Assembly (NCBI RefSeq): GCF_964204645.1
Contig: NC_134029.1
Location: 19,834,950 to 19,898,949 of the forward strand
Source: Tubulanus polymorphus
Taxonomy: Eukaryota; Animalia; Nemertea
Direction: 5' to 3'
DNA length: 64,000 nt
In this document: piece after piece, positions 38,001 through 50,139 of the stretch
Numbering within the stretch: position 1 is the stretch's first letter
Layout of the letters: each line of letters begins with the position of its first letter
Program-made: the position numbers and the translations under genes
Notes under the pieces: generated by a model
The model's database searches: none
Told to the model about the DNA's origin: nothing
Seen by the model: only the letters and a program-made list of their open reading frames with translations

Positions 38001-38853
38001 CAAAACTATGAACTGTACGTATTAAACCTCCTCACTTCCGCTTCCAATATAAAAGAAATGTCATAAATTAAACACACTGAACGCTGAATCTTTACTTGGT
38101 TCTGATCTGATCGGGAAAGGTACAACGAAAAGAAGCGTTGTGACAATGGATTCAAATTGGTGAAAAAAGTGAAACCATTAATAATTTCCACAATGAATTA
38201 CAACATACCAAAAGGATATACAAACATATACAAGTATGGGACATTTTAATATAATGCGGGGGAGATTAGATGAAGCCAACAAAGGCTTATAAAAGTTTCT
38301 AATCCCACACACAGATTCACACGAACAGACGAACACATGCACTTACGCACATACAGTCATATACCTACACAAAACATGTCACATACACACACATACACAG
38401 ACGCTGTCAATCACACTAACATACATACATTCTTGCACTCAGGTAACAGATGACAGATACAAAAGCATTAAAAATTAACTTGGAAAATTCAGAATTACAA
38501 GTTTTTTCTTGAAAATATGGATACACGAAAGATTTTTCAGACTTTTTGACAATTGTTCCAAGCAACAGGACCAGGAGACTTTTACAGAAAATTGAGCCAT
38601 TCACGTATTTCAGCACGTGGGATCACTTTATCTTACCTATATGCTGTAACCTGATGTTGACAATACCGGAGTTCCCATCATTTCTAACTCGGTCTTCGTT
38701 GTACATTTGCAGAAGCATCACCTGACGGGATAGATGACCGAGAGTCTTTTTCAGATCGTTCAGTTTGTCTTCCCATTCGCACTGTTTAGTTTGCATCGCG
38801 TTTTGCAAAACTATCACCATAAAGACGGCGAACCTAGATATCGCAATTTTCAT
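35044..38853 (-). CDS. Secreted protein of unknown function, 10 exons, ~599 aa
   Basis: Exons 38853-38637, 37832-37573, 37446-37249, 36968-36723, 36587-36438, 36330-36169, 35994-35860, 35748-35514, 35428-35319, 35130-35044 sum to 1800 nt in one frame. Signal peptide, short coiled coil, globular-looking motifs (IHTHSNH, VGMGELSAVLNG, TRHNDY, PVLCYLEGAWT, EPFDSDRH, YAIPLEIIYTTPLQNWNPY). Confidence 0.88.
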
Positions 38854-39969
38854 GATTGCTCTATAAGTCTAAAAACTAAAAAAAAGGTTATTTCTTCAAA
38901 TTAAAGTTTATATTATACCTTAATATCTAGAATTTACTACATTATTGATATAGCGAATCAATGTGAATTTTTCTACATACTTACGTGTAGATATAAATAT
39001 TTTTCAGAAAAATATTCTACGTCAATATTCTTCAGATGACTATACTTTCAACAAAACATCCCTCTCACGGAATAAGCAGAAGAGAAATGGCGCATGTTAT
39101 TCACAGCCGTTATCTTATAAACATTTGCGAGAGTTTATTAAAGATTTATTGATGGTCAGGGGGTGTGCTTATATGGGATACTTCATTAGTCAAAAAGATC
39201 TTTAACGTAATAAAAGATGCGCAGGTGCATAATGTTTGTGCTTTTAGATTGACAAATGGAGTGATATGAAGTGCGATTATCCATTCTACACATTTCAAAT
39301 TCCACAAGGAACGCCGTAGGTATATTTATACCGACGTAGGTATATTTATTTGACGACACAGCTGCGTGAAATCGAAGCCTTATGGGTTTTCGATAATAAA
39401 GATCTGGGCATAATTTAATTGAATATATATATATATATATATAAAGTATAGACTGTTATTAATTTTCCGTTGATTAATAACCCAATAAAAGCTCGGATAA
39501 TCACATTTTATGATATCTGAGCACGAAAATTATACGTCCGTCCCTTCTATATTTTCAGCGCGCTCTAAAAATCGTTCCAAATTGCCTTTGAAAAGGCCTA
39601 TCCTCCGTCTGGACTTCTTACATTGATTAAACTCCATAATTTTGATTTATAGGAAAATAACTTACTGAAAAAAACTTTCAATAAATGTGAAATCAGTTAT
39701 TAAAACGAACTATTGAAAAGAATGGAAATCGCGAATTTTGCCCCGCTAGTAGACACCCGAGTCTTTTCTACGATCTTTTTCCTAGGTAAGGATCAGCCAT
39801 CATTTGCATTTTCCATTGATAAGTTCTTATTGTTCACAGTTTTATATCATTTTTTAATTTATTCTTTTGACTTATGTGAAGTTTGTTAAAGATATCTTAT
39901 CCTAAGCCGTTGAAATCGCCGCTTTATAGATGCCGAATTTCGCCTAGGAATAACAAGGCCTCTGAATCA

Positions 39970-39979
39970 AAGATGGCGG
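39970..39979 (+). promoter_or_regulatory. YY1-like motif overlapping the ThrRS start codon
   Basis: aagATGgcgg matches the YY1 consensus AAnATGGCGG, commonly seen over start codons of housekeeping genes. Confidence 0.4.
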
Positions 39980-42900
39980 ACGACGTGGCAACCGGCGTGA
40001 AAAATCTCTCCATCGACCAAGACGAGAAAAAGGCATGAAACGTTCTGATTATTTTATTCTTTCTCTATCGAAAGGAAAGCTATGCTTAGTCGAGCAAATA
40101 ATCTTCATCTCGTCGTGAAACGTATCGGATTCACTGTCTTTCAAAGAATGAGTTTTCAATCGGTGTGTGTGGTTTCATCATCGCTCGGGTTACGCTGAGT
40201 ACCGCAATGGTCAATTTCAATTACCGGGTTTTCTGAGATTTTACTGATTTTGGGGAGAAATTGTATAGATAATGAATGATTCAATGCGATTTAGACTCCC
40301 CTTATATGTGTATAGTGGATAAAACTCGGGAGAATTAATTTGGAAGATAGCTGAAACAGGATACCGCCTGTTCTTGGGCCTCGCCTCTTTCTAACAGTAA
40401 CATGTCAATTCAGTTCATAAATTCAAAGATCAGTAAAAATCATCAAAAGGCCTAATATTGTTGTAGCTGAAGAACAGTAGGCCCTTAGTTGAATGTCATA
40501 TAACAAATAAGCTGAACATTTAGTATTGAAATACAACATTGTCCCCAACTCTTTGATTCCCTGATTCCTGAAAAACTTCTACGGAAAATGCTTCTAAAAA
40601 AGCTTAAACTCCTTTGATTTGAGCAAAATGCCTGAAAATCCATCAATTTTGAGTAGTAAATAAGTAGAAATTCTTGTCTAGTTCGTAGTTGTACAGTAAA
40701 CTAGGCCTATGCTTAGGCCTATATGGTTGCGGTCAGCATTTGTTATGGGATATGAAAGTGGTGCAGATGCTTTCTCAAAATTTCAAATTTTCTCCTTTAA
40801 AAGTCCTTTACATGTAGGAACGACTGATCCGTAGGGCCCTGTGTGACAATCCACGCCAAAAAGAAAATTGGAGCCATTATAACTTCTAGGCCCTATATAA
40901 TGAATGAAGAGTAGATACAATTTAGATGTTCGTAGTTCAATCATCAAAGAAACATCTCACAATGAATTACCCTAATTTGAAGGTGATTTTTGGTGATTCT
41001 GAAAATTCACATTTATTAATTAGGCCTAAAGCAAAATCTATTTTTATCATGAATGACTGATGAAATAATTAGGGTGATCAAAGGTTGAGGTTTCACTTGG
41101 CTGATGTAATAGCATAGCCAATTACTAAATCGATCAAAGGTCATAACAAGTAATGTTATTTGTTGACCATAACTGAAATGACTATCAACAGTGGGGAAGT
41201 TGTTTCGACAAGTTCAGATCTTTGATGTTATTTTCGTAAATTCATGTTTCAGTCGGCTCCAATGGAAAAGAAAAAGAAGAAACCAGAAGCTGCTGGCAGT
41301 GGCGATTCATATCCACTTGAGGTACATTTCATAGGTCAATGAAATTTGAATTACGGATGAATTCGAAGTGGAGCCCGATCAGATTCCCGGTTGTAAAAAT
41401 GCAATTTACTTGGAAAATAAATTGAGACGTCATTGATTAATATTGAATCGACTCTTCTTAACCTCAGGGTTCATAGTGAGTCTCAATATAGTGCTTAGTT
41501 CTGAAAATTCTAATAAGGTCCTTAAAAATGCTTCCTCTTCACAAAAATGTCAAAAAGTGATTTGCCTAAAAAGTTCTAACTTTTGACTTATGGTAATAAA
41601 AATTATCTTTTTTGGACATAAATTTGGGCTTGGTGATTTATTTTATTGTAGATTAGGACGGGCCACGGTCTGATATGATAAGAAAATAGCCACTTTTGCC
41701 TAACTTAAATGCTTACTTTTACTATTAAAAAGTGCTTACTTTAGCTTTAGCTTTGAACCCTGTAATTTACAATCCGAAATTCACATTTGATTTATAGATG
41801 ATGCCACCACCGGAATTCATAGCCGCGCGCGAAATTCTATGGAATAAATTGAAAAAGGAATACGACGATTGGGTTCAAAAGCAAGAACCCGCAGCCATCA
41901 AAGTTACCCTTCCTGACGGCAAGGAAGTTGAAGCCCAGTCATGGCGTACAACCCCGTATGAAGTCGCCAAGGGTATTAGGTAGGATATTTTACATTCAGT
42001 TGTTCAAGGGATATTGAGTTTTTAAATCTCGATCCAAATTTCAACCCGCAACCATGGGTAAAGCTGGTGCTGAGTGGATTTTCTCAAGTTGCTGAGTGGA
42101 ATTTCTCAATTTGCTGAGTGGTTTTCTTCTTGTTTTTTCTAGCCAAGGATTAGCTGATAGTGTCGTCGTAGCTAAAGTCAACGGTGAATTGTGGGATTTA
42201 GATCGACCGTTCGAAAAAGATGCCGCCCTACAACTTATCAAATTTGACGACGACGATGGTTTGTATTCGATTCATTTGACGTCGTTCATCTTTTCAAATT
42301 TGTCCAGACTCGTGGTTTTAGACTGAGGCATGATCTTTTAAGACTATTCCAAGATCGTGTTCGTAACCAGGGCCTATAAAACTTTTCTCTAGTTACCGAA
42401 AATGGTTTAGGATTGTTTTAACAAATGCATGGTCTCTTAAAATGGCCCTTAATAGTGGCTACAATGCTTATTCCCCGGAGCAAAAATATGACCAAACTTA
42501 TAAGGTATACCTGCTCTTCTTTTTTATCTTAGGTCAGTACGTATTTTGGCACAGTAGCGCACATATACTCGGTGAAGCAATGGAAAGACATTATGGAGGC
42601 CATTTGTGCTACGGACCCCCAGTTGAAAACGGCTTTTATTACGACATGTGGCTCGAAGGACGGTGTGTATTTAATTTTGTTACGAAATTGCGTTTCGAAA
42701 TGTGAGAAGAGTGAGACAGAATTTAGGAAAGCATCCACGGGTATCTAAATTCGAATAATCCTCTCGTTCTTCAGGCAAGTTTCATCTCACGATTTCAAAA
42801 ACCTAGAAACCGTAGTGAAGTCGGCGATCAAGGAGAAACAGCCGTTTGAACGCCTTGAAATGAAAAAAGAAGATCTGTTAGAAATGTTCAAGGTACGTCG

Positions 42901-45900
42901 CGCTTTTAAGTACCGCGTCCAGAACTTTCCACTCAATATCTGTTAGCGTGTATTTCAGTTCAAAGCAGTTCCTCCTCATATCTATTCAAATGGCTTGTTC
43001 GTTTCAGTACAATAAATTTAAACAGAGAATTTTGAATGAAAAAGTCACCACTCCGACTACAACTGTGTACAAGTAAGTAAAAATATGTACAACGATACGA
43101 ATAGCGTTTTTTATAGGTTATCACCAGGTTAATACGGCTTCTCCACGAATCTTCTCAAAGATATATATGAATCAGAAAACAGGTGTACATTAGACTAACT
43201 AGAATCCCATTTTCTAAGCACGTTAGTCAGCTTGTAGGATTTCATTGATTCAGTGCACACTGTGTTTTTACCAATAAATTAACCTCGATTTCCCATTTCT
43301 CGCAGATGTGGCCCGCTTATAGATTTATGCCGCGGTCCTCACGTACGACATACCGGAAAAGTGAAATCATTTTCAATTACAAAGGTATTAAATCAATTCA
43401 TACTCGCTGACATTGGGTGACGTTCTGGCCCCTATCCTAAACCTAAATCGGTGTTCCCTTACAGAATTCGGCTACGTACTGGGAAGGCAAGTCCGACGCC
43501 GAGTCGTTGCAACGGATTTACGGAATTTCGTTTCCCGACGCGAAACAGATGAAAGAGTGGAAGAAGTTCCAGGAAGAAGCTGCGAAAAGGGATCACCGTA
43601 AAATCGGAAGAGTAAGTGAATAGAAGACTGATTGCTAATTTCTCTAATCTTAGTGCAGTATCTGGTCAATTCAGGGAAATATCTATATTCCCATCAAGTG
43701 ACAGGTTTTAGAAGGGTGGCCGGCCCTTTAATTTTTACATGCGCCCCTCTGAAAATCAGCCACCCCTTATAAAATATCTGCTGCCCCTACCTGAGTGGGT
43801 GTCAATGTTCTATCAACGTTGACAAATGCTTTGAAAAATATTGAGCAAATGTGAAAAATAGAAGATTTCACCAAAATTTATAGTTTAATATTGTAAGTTC
43901 TTTTTTGGGGGGTGGACTTGTAGCCTTGCTACTTCAGCAGCCACGATATCATATACGTACACCTAACAGTGAATGCAGCCCCTTTAGAATTCCATCATAT
44001 GGTGGAGAACAATTCCATCTGAGTCTTTATTTCGGGTAAAACCATTCGAGTCAATTCTCACGTTTCAATGTTTGTTGCGAATCTCCTTTTGTAGGATCAA
44101 GAATTGTTTTTCTTCCACGAACTGAGTCCGGGCAGCTGTTTCTTCCTGCCGAAAGGAGCCTTCATCTATAATACGCTTGTCGATTTCATTAAGGTAATTA
44201 TGAATCTTGACGGTTAGCTTGAGCTTTGTTTGATTTTATAAAGTTGTTTCTCGGCAAAACAAAACAAAATTAAAATTTTGAAACATTTTTTAGGGCGAGT
44301 ACAGAAATCGTGGTTTTCAAGAAGTTGTGTCGCCGAATATATACAACAAAAAGCTATGGGAAACATCTGGACATTGGCAACACTATTCTGTAAGTTACTC
44401 GGGTATATGAATTTCACTAGCACAGTTCAATTGATTCTACGACTTATTGATTTGTATTCTTTCGTTCTTTTGTACGTTAGGAAAATATATTCCAATTTGA
44501 AGTTGAAAAAGAAATCTATGCGTTGAAACCGATGAATTGTCCTGGCCATTGGTGAGTTACCGGATAGTCAACTATCCCTCAATAATGATATCCTTAAAAA
44601 GTCGATACAGTAGTCTCCGCTCAAGTCAAATCCAATCTACTCTGATAACCCGGGTGTTTGTTGAAACATTTATTGTGACAAAATATATGAAATATGTAAC
44701 ATCTATCAGGGATGAGAATTCCCCGCGGATCCGCGGTTTCCCGCGGATTTCAGTATTGAAAAATATCAATTTTCCAAATAGTCCAAAAATGATGTAAAAG
44801 TATGGGGGGGGGGGTGATGATCTCACTCAATTGGTCCGGCGCGATCGGTAATCAGGTGAACCGTAAAAGCGTTCAGTGCCTGTTTTACTTATCGTCACGT
44901 AAAAGTATCGCATTTCAATGCATATTCATTGCAACACAGTGGTTTTGTATGTACATTTGTACTACAATGAGTTTGTATGTATTTTATCGATCGGTTGCAG
45001 ACACGCACGCACAGCAACAGTAGTAACGTATATAGGTCTACTTACTGTTGCTGCGTGTGTGTGGCGAACGCTTTCGTATTATACACTACTTGGTGATGAT
45101 TTTTAGTGAGCATTCATCGGCGCATTTTTACTGCAATAATTCAGGGCTCGACCCGTAATGCATGAGATGCTGAATGTCATCAAATGAGGATGTACCACAT
45201 TGGAACTAATAGCCATTACCTTCCAAAATATAATAGTCATTCATGGGTTCAAGATCGGAAAAGTGCTCTAAGTGCTCGGAAAACGTATTTAATTTCTAAA
45301 ATTTTCTTGGGGGAGGGCCCCCAAACCCCCCCCCCCAATTAGCTTCGCGCCTTCGGCGCTCGCTAGTGCTGACGGCTACGCCGTCAGCTGGTTCGCGTAT
45401 GTCACTCAAGCAAATAAACCCGCGGATTTTACAGGTCGGCGTTCTCATCCCTGATCTATAGCGGATATCACTAAAGTTGGAAGAATTTTAACGGTCCCAA
45501 TAGGTCTGAATTGAGCGAAGCCTTTTGTAACAGCATATCCAATGATTATGTGCTGCATCTCTCTGTGTTTCAGTCTTATGTTTGGCCATCGTCCGCGATC
45601 GTGGAAAGAGTTGCCGTTAAGGATGGCTGATTTCGGCGTTCTGCACCGCAACGAGTTATCCGGCGCGTTGACCGGGCTTACTAGAGTGAGACGATTCCAA
45701 CAGGACGACGCGCATATTTTCTGTCGACCTGATCAAGTAAGTGGGCTCGACCATTTTATGACGTCATATTAGAAATTAGAGACAGATATTGCTTCATAGA
45801 TCCGACCACTTTATTTGAAATACAAGCTTTTGCTACTAATGCATATAACAGAGTCGCCAACCATTCCTGATTTTCATTACCGGTATTTTGTTACTATCTT

Positions 45901-48900
45901 GTAAAAAGTGATGTGATTTGTTCGATGCAAACAGAAATTGTGAAAGATTGTTACTAAGGTTCATTACTTTGATTACTGATAATTTGAACATTTTCTTTCA
46001 TATCTCAATGAAATATGATTAAAAACTTTTCACCGATAGCACTTTGCAGCGGTTGCAGCCCTGATAGAAGCTTCGTCAGTTAAATGAGTTTAGTCAATGC
46101 AGAAAAAACAGTCACTACAGCGTCATTCATACCAAAATGTGGTCAAACCAAAATTCCTTAACTAACATACCGTCGTATGCTTGTCTCTTCGTGTAGGTAG
46201 GTGATGAAATGAAGGGTTGTATCGACTTCTTGAAGAACGTCTACGGAATTTTCGGATTCACGTTCAAACTTTACTTGTCTACGCGACCGGAGAAATATCT
46301 CGGCGAGATTTCGCAATGGGATACAGCTGAAGATGTACGTTGAGACCTGTCGTCGCTTTTCGAAATCGAGATACATATGCGGCTGTGCCATGCATTCATT
46401 CTTTTGATATTTCATTTGTCATTACGATTGTATTTGTAGGCTTTGAAAACTAGTTTGAATGCATCTGGATTCCCGTGGCAGTTAAATGAAGGCGATGGAG
46501 CGTTCTACGGACCTAAGGTAAATAGGGGCCACTCGTTTCTGTGGATATTCTTAATGTTCCATTGATTTTGAAAACGAATTTGCTGAATTTAAGTTGAGGT
46601 TTCATCTCTCAATGCCTGACTTGGGGGCAGTCCTGAAAAACCAGGGAGTGCCAATCATTTCTCGGAATATTTTATCCTTGTCCAGCCTCCCTGATTGTTG
46701 GCAGCTTCGACCTAGCAATACCAGTAATTGCAATCTAAATCTACAGAAATATAAAACATGTATAATACCTGCTCTCCCTGCTAATTACCATGATAATATA
46801 GTTGTTAATACTAATCACAGAATCCTTCTTACTTGGTAAACCGATGAGGTCGGCGAATTTTACTAAAACTGATTTGGAAAAACCTTCTATTTCTTTTATT
46901 CGCTTATCAGTATACAAAACTAGGAAAGCCGAAATATTTGCAGTCCCTGAAATATTTTAAGTACCTGAGTATACTATATTAATCTGTATGGCAGTGTTTC
47001 ATATTGGAATTGTTTAAAATTTCAGATCGACATCACGATTTTTGACGCGTTGAAGCGCGCCCATCAATGCGCTACGATACAACTCGATTTCCAGTTACCT
47101 CAACGATTCGATCTTCACTTCGTGACGTAAGTTCAACGGAAACCGTTAACGATTTCGGTATTTGGTCGGATTGTTCGTATTATTGGTTGTTTAATTTCTG
47201 CATTTTTCCAGCGGCGAAGAAGGAGGCGACAAACAGCGTCCGATAATCATTCATCGAGCCGTACTCGGATCCGTAGAACGTATGATCGCGATTCTGTGCG
47301 AAAACTATGGTGGCAAATGGCCGTTCTGGCTGTCTCCGCGTCAAGCCGTCGTTATTCCGATCGCCCCGGTATTTGATGACTACGCCAAACAAGTAAGTGC
47401 TAAGATTTCGCGGTTTTTTGGCGGATATCTGAACATCAAGATCCAGTCGGGGTCATTCATTTATTACGTACGCATTAGGGGAGGGGGAGGGGTCAGTGCA
47501 ATTGCGTACTGTAATGCTTAATGTATACGAAAAAATGAAAAATTCAAATTTTATGCGTACGTAATAAATGAATGATCCCGTTCCAAAATCGTGAGTTAAC
47601 TCTGGGTGAAATTAGTTCATTTTCAATGAGTTAACTCTGGGTCAAATCTTAACGCACAACTGTGGAACTGGATCCAAGTTGATATCGAATTGTATTTTCA
47701 TAATTGGGAATTCAAAATGTTGGCGCGAAAACTTAGAAATCAACAGAACTAATAAAAATACTGTAATTAACCAAATTTGTCTCGAACTTTATTTTGACAG
47801 GTAAAAGATGAAATATACGCAGCCGGATTTCAAGTAGACTGTGATCTGGATCCGGGCACAACGCTGAACAAGAAAGTCAGAAATAATCAACTGGCCCAGT
47901 ACAACTTTATTTTAGGTATGTGATTATACTGTCACTGTATAAGTAAATATTTGTTTTGACAGTAACTAGTATTAAACAAACTAATGACGATTCTCAACAG
48001 CGCAATTAGAATTTGCTGAGAAAAGTGGCCAGCCTAATGGATTATTCAATTTACTGAATCAAATATGTCATTTCGATTATCGCGTATCAGCGTAACTTTG
48101 GACCAGCGAATGAGAAATGTGTTTTAGCAAAATCATGCGAAGGAATAAATGCCACTCGCCTGCGGGGCAAGCATATCTGAAATTTCTCTTGCCCCCTTGA
48201 AAAACAACTTGCCCTACTAGTGACAGGCACTCCAATTGGTGGCACAATCATCGGTTGTATCAAGTGGGTAAAGAAAGCGTTGAGACATGAAATTGCACTT
48301 GCCCGGTGGACGAGTGATAATGATAACCTACTTGCCCTAATTAGCATATACTTGTCCCGGGCAATCGGACAAGTGCGGAGATCGGACCCGGCAGTTCGAT
48401 AGTAATCTGACTTAACTGGATTATAAACACTCGACATGAACTAATCTCCTTGTTCTAACTTAAAAGAAAACTGTTGAACTGGAGGTTGATCTTTCTTGTC
48501 GAAGTTTGCTTAACCCTTTCAGTGCTGACTTATCAATACCCTATAGTACTGGAGATAATTTGAAAATGTTTAAAAATTCCACCCTAGTGTGTTGAATAAC
48601 AGGAATACCACTGGTAGTGTGTCCACACCGTGGTGCGGTGTATCGTTAATTACTGGTATTTCACTATGTTTGACAGGTGCTGCCATCTTTCAATAGAGAT
48701 AAAAACTAATTACTAATTCCATCAATACACCGCAGTGCGGTGTACTAGCAAAATACATCACCGATTCATACACCGCACTGCGGTGTAGATGCACTGAAAG
48801 TGTTAATCATTTACGATTTTATTTCGTAGTCGTCGGTGAAAACGAGAAGTTGAACGGAACGGTGAACGTACGCACTCGAGACAACAAGGTACACGGCGAA

Positions 48901-48978
48901 CACAGCATCGCGAAAGTCATCGAACGCTTCACCGAATTCAAGCAGACGAAGATACTAGAAGCCGAGGAAAAATTCTAG
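39973..48978 (+). CDS. TARS1: Threonyl-tRNA synthetase, eukaryotic cytosolic type (~718 aa)
   Basis: Exons 39973-40032 (GC donor), 41253-41321, 41798-41979, 42143-42258, 42533-42662, 42775-42892, 43008-43072, 43306-43384, 43465-43611, 44095-44193, 44294-44389, 44481-44551, 45574-45736, 46197-46334, 46440-46517, 47026-47126, 47212-47392, 47801-47915, 48830-48978. TGS domain, editing motifs HSSAH and [36 protein letters not shown], anticodon-binding domain. Confidence 0.97.
40082..40162 (+). CDS. TARS1: Candidate mitochondrial-presequence alternative first coding segment of ThrRS
   Basis: [27 protein letters not shown]: 3 Arg + 1 Lys, no acidic residues. Ends at phase-0 donor CG|gtgtgt, the same donor sequence used at 42662/42663 of this gene. 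Confidence 0.7.
41465..41762. mobile_element. hAT-like non-autonomous element
   Basis: TIR cagggttca / tgaaccctg; flanks taacct / taattt (decayed). Confidence 0.55.
44608..45527. mobile_element. Degenerate pogo/Tigger-type MITE interrupted by a hAT-like element
   Basis: TA|cagtagtctccgctcaagtcaaa ... tctgaattgagcgaagccttttg|TA (17/23 inverted match). Confidence 0.55.
44707..45452. mobile_element. hAT-like non-autonomous element, 746 bp
   Basis: Perfect 12-bp TIR cagggatgagaa / ttctcatccctg, subterminal ccgcggat repeats, exact 6-bp flanking duplication atctat/atctat. Confidence 0.85.
45849..46063. mobile_element. Degenerate hAT-like MITE
   Basis: cagagtcgccaacc ... ggttgcagccctg; flanks atataa / atagaa. 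Confidence 0.45.
47440..47675. mobile_element. Hairpin MITE interrupted by a PIF/Harbinger-like MITE (47449-47579)
   Basis: Inner TIR ggggtcattcatttattacgtacgcat / atgcgtacgtaataaatgaatgatccc with gtc/gtt flanks. Outer gatccagt + tccaaaatcgtgagttaa mirrors ttaacgcacaactgtggaactggatcc. Confidence 0.75.
48514..48802. mobile_element. piggyBac-like non-autonomous element
   Basis: TTAA | ccctttcagtgc ... gcactgaaagtg | TTAA; three internal palindromes such as acaccgcagtgcggtgt. Confidence 0.85.
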
Positions 48979-49219
48979 AGATACGTTCTGCGGACTCTTT
49001 GTCTTCGCGTTAACGACGCGACTTGAAATGCATCTTCGCCGCTATCATAATTTTCGTGCTCAGTCAATCATGGACTTCGTACTAATACGGAAATAGATTA
49101 TTTATTTTGCGCGTCGAAATCGGGATCGTTGAGCGTCTGTTTTACGCCTTGATTTTAGTGATATATAGTTAGGGCGGGAACGGTTTCGTAGACTGTTGAG
49201 TATGAAGGGTTTAACCTGA

Positions 49220-49435
49220 GGCGAACTTCAGTTTTGTAATTGTCGTCGAGTTGTCAGAACCAGCGCAATTTAGTTTGATTTTACGCATTTTCCAGTGGCA
49301 GCCATCTTTGGACTAGTTTGACCGTGCTCAATCGCGTGGTTCGGACTGAAGTTCGGACTAACCGACGCGAGGTTTCACTTAGCGATTATTATTGGCGATT
49401 ATTTGGTCGACTAACTACGAAAATGGAAGTTCGCC
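49220..49435. repeat. Inverted-repeat (MITE-like) element in the probable ThrRS 3' UTR
   Basis: ggcgaacttcagttttgtaattgtcg mirrored by cgactaactacgaaaatggaagttcgcc. Confidence 0.5.
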
Positions 49436-50139
49436 CTAGATGATAACTACCATACGCAACTGTAGCAATTGAATTAACGAAAAGCAACACGTCGAAATTT
49501 CTGCGATAATGGTTTGTTCATTTGCGAATTGGAAAAATTATCGCACCATCTATGAAACCGGGAGCCGTTGGACGCTGGGTTCTATTTATGTCATAGATAA
49601 CAACCTTTTCAAATCAGTTGTTTCATGGAAATCTTGAAATCCATGTTTACTGCGAATTTTTTGATCACATGTCACTAGATACTATGTAAGCTATCATCGC
49701 CGATTGTAGGTATTCGGTCACTATGCAGGGATTTTATCGAGGTTACTAACTGTAGTAATGCACTTTATCAAAAAATTACATAAACTCATCTTTTGAATCG
49801 ATTATGATTGTAACACGTCACCACCGTTTGACTATAAATACATTTATTAGTCATTACTGCCAGGTAGCGGCGGTTTGACGCGGTCAACGGTATATTTCGC
49901 GTTTTGTCAGTACATATGTTTTCGTTGAACGTAAAAAAGTGTTCCGACGCGTGCTAGTTGGAACGTTGTCCTCGGGTCTTGATTTGTGCCAATAGAAGCA
50001 TGTTTCAATCATAATATATTGTGTAAGCAATTGTGTCCTAAAATAAATTAAAATCTTCTTTTGGAATATGAAATTGTTTTATTGTCGTCATTTTCACGCT
50101 GGTTTATTCATCTATGCGGACGGTGGCGAATTATTGGAT

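Noticed and set aside
40033-40038. Selenocysteine or read-through at the TGA after ThrRS codon 21
   Set aside because: Read-through meets another TGA within a few codons and no SECIS was seen; a GC donor explains it better.
41050-41105. Intronic C/D snoRNA (ctgatga ... ctga) in ThrRS
   Set aside because: Non-consensus C box, short spacing, no terminal stem or recognisable rRNA guide.
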